The translations under genes and the position numbers were made by a program. Under the pieces are notes generated by a model. That model made no database searches and had not been told where the DNA came from. It saw nothing but the letters and a program-made list of their open reading frames with translations. Of a DNA stretch of 31,067 nt, positions 24,876-31,067 are shown piece after piece. Where the stretch lies: IMG/VR virus record IMGVR_UViG_3300042318_000318, positions 1-31,067 of that record. One strand, written 5' to 3'. Position 1 is the stretch's first letter; each line of letters starts with the position of its first letter. The DNA is from a virus. Taxonomy: Duplodnaviria > Caudoviricetes.

Positions 24876-27527
24876 ATGGCCTCATGGACAGATAAAATAC
24901 CAACCTTTAGCCCCTATGTTGCACAGCTTCCTGTTGATGCAATGGTTCAAGTTGGTATGTACAAACAGAAGCAATATGATGATGGCATACAAAAGATTCA
25001 AACAAATATTGACAATGTTGCAGGATTAGATATTGCTAACAATACTCAAAAACAATATCTACAATCTAAACTTAATCAACTAGGTAATGATCTTAGAGGT
25101 GTTGCTGCTGGTGACTTCTCTAATTTTCAATTGGTTAACTCTGTTAATGGAATGACTAATCAGATTGTTAAAGATGGTATTGTACAGAATGCTGTATCAT
25201 CAACTGCTTGGTATAGAAAACAATCTGCAGACATGGAGAAGGCTATAGCTGAAGGGAAATCATCACAATCTAATATATATGACTTTAATGATAAAGCCTC
25301 TAAATGGTTAAACTCTACAAAGTTAGATGCTTCTTTTAGAGATAGGTATACACAGTATACAGATGTTAAAAAGAAAGCAATGGAAACAATTAAAGCTTTG
25401 CACCCTGATCTTGTTAAGTATGACATTCCTTTTAAAGTGGATGCTAATGGTAAGATGGATACTAGGTTCTATGCAGATGCAATGAAACGATATAAGATTG
25501 AAGGTGTTAGTGAACAAAAAATTGCTCAAGCATTGGCTGCAACAATGAGTCCAGATGATTTAAATCAATTAAAAATTGATGCTAAGTATGAGTTTAGAGG
25601 AGCAGGGTTTGAACAACTTGCAGAGAGAGCTAAAACAGATTACACTACACAAAAAAATGAAGCAGTCAATGCTTTAAGTATATTAGAAACAAGAAGAGCT
25701 ATAACTACAGATCCTACTAAGTTAAATGATATTGATGATCAAATTGAACAATACAAAGAAAAGTTAGGTAGTGATGGTAAACCTGGTACATTAGATGAAA
25801 ACTTCTATAAAAATATTGAAGATGCTAGGAGTAATCCTGATGCAGTAAAATATAATATATATAAAGATGGGTTTGTTAAAGAGTTTGCAAATGCTTTTAA
25901 ATGGAGTTCTCAAGAAGAAGAAGCTGTAACCAATCCTTACAAAGAACAAGAGAATTGGGTAGCTGATATGAAACTTAAACAACAAATTGAGAACAGACAA
26001 CGTTATGAGTTTGGTGTTAATTCACAATTCAAACAGGCTGAGTTAGATCTTAAGAGAAGTGAAATTGGATTAAAGGCTGAAGAAAATGCATTAAAGAAAG
26101 CTGAGCTTTATGGAGTAGATGCTCCTTGGACTGATCTTGGTAATGCAACAGATAATGCAAATAGAGGTCAAGAATTATTTACTGCTCATGTTACATCTGT
26201 TGATAGTTCAATTGCATCAACTAAAAAAGCATTGAATGATAAAGGTTATGATGAAACAAAAATTAATGCAATGTTGACTAGTTGGAATAATGCACAAGGT
26301 GTTGTTTCTAAAGCTAATGTTCCAGCAAATGCTATTAAAGATATAATGAGCATAGCTAAGAATCAAAACTATGTTTCACAATTACGTGAGTTTGAAACAA
26401 AAACTAGAGCTGAGTCTGAACAAGAAGCTGGTGTTGCAGGTATAATTAATAAAAGTTTACAAGGTAAGTCAGGTCTTAACTTTACACATCGAGGTGAGAG
26501 ACTAAGTCTAAGTGCAAGAGAAGTGGTTGATGTTAAATTAGCAGAGACTAAAATTAAAATGAGAGACAATGAAGGGCACTTAGTTGAAAGAACTGTTATT
26601 GATACAGGTAAACTTAATCCTAAACAATTGAAATATGCTGAAGCAATATATGGAAAAGGTATGTTTGGTAAATATCAAAATGGTCAATTAGTATCAAGTG
26701 GACTTACAGGTTATCCTACATCTACTCTATCTGATAGAGAAGCTATTGATAAAATAACTAGACCTCATGTATATGCTGCAAATGACATAAGACAGTCATA
26801 TGATAAATCTGAAAAGATATATATGGAAAAAATGGGAGCTTCTGCAAATGCATTTGTTCCACGTATAAAATTTGTTTCTAAAAATTCCAAAGGGGAGATA
26901 CCATCTAACATGCTTGATGGTGTTAATCAATTAGTTGAAGCTGGAAAAAATAAAAAAATTGAAACAGATGATAAGTATAGCTATGAGACATCAATGTCAT
27001 ATCTTACAGATGCAAATATAAAAAATACAAAAATCATGGTTGTGCAGGATGGGGACAAATATGAAATACAATTAAAAAATTCAGCATTAGATGATGGTGA
27101 ACCACAAAGATTTAAAGTTAATGGTTCACAAGTTAGAGCATATCTAGGAGATAAGTATGTAAATGATAACGTACAAGAGTCTACTAGATTTGCAATAGGT
27201 AAAGGTAAGAGTGATATACTTGGAAGTAACTATGCAACTAAAGCTATAATGCAAAAACGATTTGGAGATTTCCCAGGAATCAAAAAATTACAAGTAACAG
27301 CAAACTTAGAAGAAGATACTAGTGGTTCAGGATTATTTATTCCAACAATATATGTTAAACAAAAAGATGATAAATATGTTCGCTTTGAACTTTCAGGAGA
27401 AGATAAACTATCTAGAGTTGGATATGACCAAGGTAAACAAAACTTGAATCGATTGAATGATGAAGTGTTAATGAAAACACTTCAACAAGCTTATCCTAAT
27501 TATGATTTTTCTAAAATAGACTACTAA
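24876..27527 (+). CDS. crAss-like cargo/ejection protein preceding the giant virion protein (883 aa)
   Basis: N-terminal PYVAQLPVDAMVQVGMYKQKQYDD pattern, long charged helical regions, synteny. Confidence 0.55.
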   Translation: MASWTDKIPTFSPYVAQLPVDAMVQVGMYKQKQYDDGIQKIQTNIDNVAGLDIANNTQKQYLQSKLNQLGNDLRGVAAGDFSNFQLVNSVNGMTNQIVKDGIVQNAVSSTAWYRKQSADMEKAIAEGKSSQSNIYDFNDKASKWLNSTKLDASFRDRYTQYTDVKKKAMETIKALHPDLVKYDIPFKVDANGKMDTRFYADAMKRYKIEGVSEQKIAQALAATMSPDDLNQLKIDAKYEFRGAGFEQLAERAKTDYTTQKNEAVNALSILETRRAITTDPTKLNDIDDQIEQYKEKLGSDGKPGTLDENFYKNIEDARSNPDAVKYNIYKDGFVKEFANAFKWSSQEEEAVTNPYKEQENWVADMKLKQQIENRQRYEFGVNSQFKQAELDLKRSEIGLKAEENALKKAELYGVDAPWTDLGNATDNANRGQELFTAHVTSVDSSIASTKKALNDKGYDETKINAMLTSWNNAQGVVSKANVPANAIKDIMSIAKNQNYVSQLREFETKTRAESEQEAGVAGIINKSLQGKSGLNFTHRGERLSLSAREVVDVKLAETKIKMRDNEGHLVERTVIDTGKLNPKQLKYAEAIYGKGMFGKYQNGQLVSSGLTGYPTSTLSDREAIDKITRPHVYAANDIRQSYDKSEKIYMEKMGASANAFVPRIKFVSKNSKGEIPSNMLDGVNQLVEAGKNKKIETDDKYSYETSMSYLTDANIKNTKIMVVQDGDKYEIQLKNSALDDGEPQRFKVNGSQVRAYLGDKYVNDNVQESTRFAIGKGKSDILGSNYATKAIMQKRFGDFPGIKKLQVTANLEEDTSGSGLFIPTIYVKQKDDKYVRFELSGEDKLSRVGYDQGKQNLNRLNDEVLMKTLQQAYPNYDFSKIDY

Positions 27528-27542
27528 TTATAATAAATAATT

Positions 27543-30500
27543 ATGCCAGATTTTAAAAACCTTAATCCAATCCTTATAAATCCAGATCTGAAACTTCCTG
27601 ATCTACCAAGTCCATCTACTCCTGCCCCAAATAATTATTCTGCATTCCCATCGATATCTACAGATTTATCAGGAAGAGACAATGGTGATGCTATATTTGG
27701 TAATGGTCCAATAATAGGTAAAGGTTTACTTTCTACTGTTACAGCAAATGAATTATATGAGAATAGGAGATATGATATGTTTGCTCGTGACATTGTTGAT
27801 ATTGAAGATCAGAATGCTAACGCACAAGCATGGTATTCACAAGCTGCTAATGGTATATTAAAAGGTGCTAATCTTGCAGCTACTACTGTTGCAGGAAGCT
27901 TTGGTATGTTATATGGTTCTGCCTCAGCTATGGCTACAGGAAGAATGGCTGACATATGGGATAATCCTATTATGCAAAAACTAGATGAATATAATAATGA
28001 GGTGGATCAAAACTATCTACCAAACTATTATACTGATAATGAAAAAAATGCATCTTGGTATTCTACAGATAACTGGATGACAACAAATTTCTTATTTGAT
28101 AAACTAATTAAGAATGCTGGATTTGCTGTTGGTGCAATGGTGTCTGGTAATATAGCTAATGGTATATTAGGTGCTGCAGGTGCAGGGATTGGAGCATTCT
28201 CAGCAGAGGCTGCTTTAGCTGCTGAATCATCACAAGCATTTAAAATATTCACTCCCTTATTAAGAAATACAGCAAGAGCTTTTTCTAGAGCTCAAAACAT
28301 TGAAGCTGCAGAAATTCTTAAAAGTAACATTTCATCTATTGCTGATCTTACAGCTAGAGAATCTGCTATTTTAAATATATCTAAAACAACAAATGCTATT
28401 GCTGGTTTTCAAGATACAGCTAGAAGAACAGCTATAGCTGCTTATTCATCTGCAGGTGAAGCTTCTTTTGAAGCATTGCAAACATCAAATGAATTTAGAA
28501 ATAATTTAATTAAACAATATAAAGAAGAACATTTTGGTGAAGAACCTAAAGGTTCTGATCTAGCACAAATAAATACAACAGCTGAAGCAGTAGGTAAAAC
28601 TTCTTTCCTAGGAAACTTAGCACTATTAAGTGTTACAGAATATGCACAGCTTCCTAAATTAATAGGAAGTTCTTATGCTGCTGAAAAACAAGCTGCTAAT
28701 AGTTTATTAGGAACCGTTGATGATGTATTGCTGAAAGAAAGTAAATATGCAGCAGTACCTGGTGCAACAAGTAGGTTTGGTAAACTTTATGAAAAAGGTG
28801 CTAGAGTGGCTAAGTATGCATTCGATCCTAAAGAAGCTGGACAAGAGATTGGACAATTTGCTTTACAAGTGGGTACACAAAACTATTTCAATAAAGGATA
28901 CAATGGTAAGGAAGCTAGTACATTTACAGATGGCTTCTTATATGGAATGGTTGGTAAAGATAAAGAGGGTAAAGGTGTTGGAGCATTCACTTCAAAAGAA
29001 GGTATTGAGAGTGGAATCCTTGGTGGTATCACTGGAGGATTAATGCAAACATTTGGACCTCAAGGACAACTTGCAAGAGATAAAGCTACAAAGTCTAACA
29101 CTGAAAGATTTATTGGTGAGCTTAACAATGCTCCTACATTTAGAGATGCATTCAAAGAAAAACTTGAAGCTGTAGATAGATTTGTCACTCTTCAAAAACA
29201 ACAACAAGATGCTACTATTCAAGGAGATGAATTAGAAGCTAGAGATCTTAATGCAGATATGTTACATACATATCTTGCTCCACGTATTAAGTTTGGAAGA
29301 TTTGACATGATCATGGATGATGTTAAAGATCTTAGACAATCAGCTATGTCTAACAATGGACTTAGTGATTTGAAAGAACAAGGAATAGCTAACATTAATG
29401 ATACAGTTGAATCATTTCAAAAAAGATTAAACTCATTTGAAAATACAGCAAAGAACACACAAGAATTATATAAGTCTTTAAATCTTATGTATAGTGGTGC
29501 TGTGTTACAAGATGCAGATGGTAGTACATACCTTGATGCATCAGGTAATCAAATGAGAAAGTACTCTCCATTAATTATTGATAAGATGGTATATGCAGCT
29601 GCTAAGATAGCTGATTATGATATACGTATTCCTCAAGTGTCTGCAAGACTTCTAAGAGCAAATATTCCTGCACAGGATGTTGTGAACGATGAACTATCTA
29701 ATGATACATCAGTGAGCCTTGCTAAGGTGCTATATAATATAGATGAACAAGCATCAGATAGAATAGATACAGATCTTGTTAAACAAGAATTAAAAGATGT
29801 AGTTGAGCTTTCTAAAAGAAGACAGCTATTTGTTAATGAATTTAATGATCTTAAAAACAATCCACAGAACTATTCATACACAGGAGAGAAAGAAGAACTT
29901 ACACCAGAAGGAAAGAAGACAAGGACTACCACTCCAGTAAAAAGTGATTACTTCTCTAAGAGTAGAGATAAGTTTAAATCAGATAAGAGAACTTATTCTG
30001 ATCTTATAAATCAGTATGGCGAAGGAGAGAAAAGTAAGTATGAAGTGTTAGAGAAGATTGCTGAGTCACCTTATGCTACTGTTCTTGAAAAACAATTAGC
30101 AGCAGCTTTCTTAAACTTTACTAGTAGAGACAGTAAAATTATTCTAGGTGATAGAACATTAGCTAGTGCTGGAGTTTCTAGAGGAGGAACATTAGGTCCA
30201 GAATCTGCTGTAAGTAGTATTAACTATGAGGATAATGCTGATGATTATGAAGCTGGTAGTCTTCCTGTAGAACATGTGTTACTACATGAGATAGGACATG
30301 ACTTAACTGTATATGGATTGTCCGATACAAACGGACAGTTCTTTAAAGAGTTAGATCCATTATTCAAGTTTGTACAAGAAACCTTTAAGAATGATCCTAA
30401 TAAATATGCTGAAGCTGGATTAATTAAAAATGGTGAATATTATGCATTCAAAAATATCTATGAGTTTGCAACAGAAGCATTGTCTAATAGAGAGTTCCAA

Positions 30501-31067
30501 AGATATTTACAAACTGTTCCATATAAGAATACACAAACTTCTACATGGGATACATTTGTTAATTCATTAAAAACATTCTTCAGAAGATTGTTTGGTACCA
30601 ATAATGAAAACTTATTGAATGAAGTTGTTGCTGTTATAACAAACAACATAGATGAAACATACAAATCTGTAAAAGAAAAGAATGCTGCTTTAGAAAAAGA
30701 AGAACAAGCAATGCTTGTCACTAAGAATGAGGTGGATAGACAACAGGATAAAGCAGAGCTTAATTCTGGAGAGATTGCTACACCTATTCCTACAAACACT
30801 ACAACATCAGAAGCTATTGTAAAAGATGATGAGAGTTATTTAAAATCTTGGCAAGACTTCTTTATATCTGGTACTAGTGAATCTGAGAATGTTCAGAATC
30901 GTGCTAATGCTCCACAGCATGTTAAAAATTCTAGAGAGTTCTTAAACAATGTTAAAAACTTTAAGAATGCTAAGAAAATAGGTGCAATGTTAGTTACATC
31001 TAATAGTGAAGAAGCATTAGGACTAAAAGGACTTACAGCACTTCAGTTTGGTATACCATTAGACACA
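27543..31067 (+). CDS. Giant virion cargo/polyvalent protein (3'-truncated, at least 1175 aa) with hydrophobic Gly/Ala segments and a zincin-like metallopeptidase domain; absent from the ORF track because it has no stop in the window
   Basis: Open from ATG 27543 (MPDFKNLNPILINP...) to the window end. N-terminal QAWYSQAANGILKG...LPNYYT...NFLFDKLIKNAGFAVGA recalls crAss giant virion proteins. HEIGH at 30285-30299 and EFATEALSN from 30462. No RNA polymerase catalytic motif seen within the window. Confidence 0.75.
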   Translation, partial: MPDFKNLNPILINPDLKLPDLPSPSTPAPNNYSAFPSISTDLSGRDNGDAIFGNGPIIGKGLLSTVTANELYENRRYDMFARDIVDIEDQNANAQAWYSQAANGILKGANLAATTVAGSFGMLYGSASAMATGRMADIWDNPIMQKLDEYNNEVDQNYLPNYYTDNEKNASWYSTDNWMTTNFLFDKLIKNAGFAVGAMVSGNIANGILGAAGAGIGAFSAEAALAAESSQAFKIFTPLLRNTARAFSRAQNIEAAEILKSNISSIADLTARESAILNISKTTNAIAGFQDTARRTAIAAYSSAGEASFEALQTSNEFRNNLIKQYKEEHFGEEPKGSDLAQINTTAEAVGKTSFLGNLALLSVTEYAQLPKLIGSSYAAEKQAANSLLGTVDDVLLKESKYAAVPGATSRFGKLYEKGARVAKYAFDPKEAGQEIGQFALQVGTQNYFNKGYNGKEASTFTDGFLYGMVGKDKEGKGVGAFTSKEGIESGILGGITGGLMQTFGPQGQLARDKATKSNTERFIGELNNAPTFRDAFKEKLEAVDRFVTLQKQQQDATIQGDELEARDLNADMLHTYLAPRIKFGRFDMIMDDVKDLRQSAMSNNGLSDLKEQGIANINDTVESFQKRLNSFENTAKNTQELYKSLNLMYSGAVLQDADGSTYLDASGNQMRKYSPLIIDKMVYAAAKIADYDIRIPQVSARLLRANIPAQDVVNDELSNDTSVSLAKVLYNIDEQASDRIDTDLVKQELKDVVELSKRRQLFVNEFNDLKNNPQNYSYTGEKEELTPEGKKTRTTTPVKSDYFSKSRDKFKSDKRTYSDLINQYGEGEKSKYEVLEKIAESPYATVLEKQLAAAFLNFTSRDSKIILGDRTLASAGVSRGGTLGPESAVSSINYEDNADDYEAGSLPVEHVLLHEIGHDLTVYGLSDTNGQFFKELDPLFKFVQETFKNDPNKYAEAGLIKNGEYYAFKNIYEFATEALSNREFQRYLQTVPYKNTQTSTWDTFVNSLKTFFRRLFGTNNENLLNEVVAVITNNIDETYKSVKEKNAALEKEEQAMLVTKNEVDRQQDKAELNSGEIATPIPTNTTTSEAIVKDDESYLKSWQDFFISGTSESENVQNRANAPQHVKNSREFLNNVKNFKNAKKIGAMLVTSNSEEALGLKGLTALQFGIPLDT

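Noticed and set aside
37-30799. Remaining short minus-strand and nested ORFs in the track (e.g. 10499-10849, 13990-14298, 21275-21634, 28747-29043, 30458-30799)
   Set aside because: They overlap well-supported + strand genes, have no recognisable motifs, and have antisense-like composition.
1-31067. Stop-codon reassignment (TAG/TGA), known in some crAss-like phages
   Set aside because: Genes up to 2010 aa are uninterrupted in the standard code and tightly packed. All end in TAA but one, and that TGA (8841-8843) is followed immediately by TAG and overlaps an ATG.
27543-31067. Calling the last ORF the virion RNA polymerase
   Set aside because: No catalytic DxDxD motif or recognisable polymerase domain lies within the visible part; only context suggests it.

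Overview
This AT-rich window is almost entirely + strand coding and looks like the late (virion) gene module of a crAss-like (Crassvirales-related) Bacteroidota phage. The assignment rests on recalled sequence motifs and gene order; no database search was run. Gene order: 3' part of an auxiliary-capsid-like gene; a putative tail-hub protein; an unannotated 31-aa Cys-rich microprotein; six fibre/appendage genes, most built from Cys-rich modules on Thr/Ser stalks; a small nucleotidyltransferase; a terminator and promoter; an HTH-metallophosphoesterase; ring protein; IHF-like protein; tail tubular protein; a stabilization/muzzle protein apparently split into two genes; three cargo-like proteins; and the start of a giant virion protein with a zincin HExxH domain. 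The standard genetic code fits, and two Bacteroidota-type (TTTG/TAnnTTTG) promoters are visible. Most notable: (1) a combinatorial set of Cys-rich, mucin-like virion modules that includes single-Cys 'strand' motifs and single-Cys 'GPFN' domains, which may act as a plug-and-socket assembly system and may also rejoin the split muzzle; (2) a 31-bp palindromic element (29/31 identical) at the same distance upstream of both promoters; (3) recurrent short xxG/xxGG motifs punctuating two cargo proteins. No tRNA, rRNA, CRISPR array, integrase, transposase or reverse transcriptase was seen.
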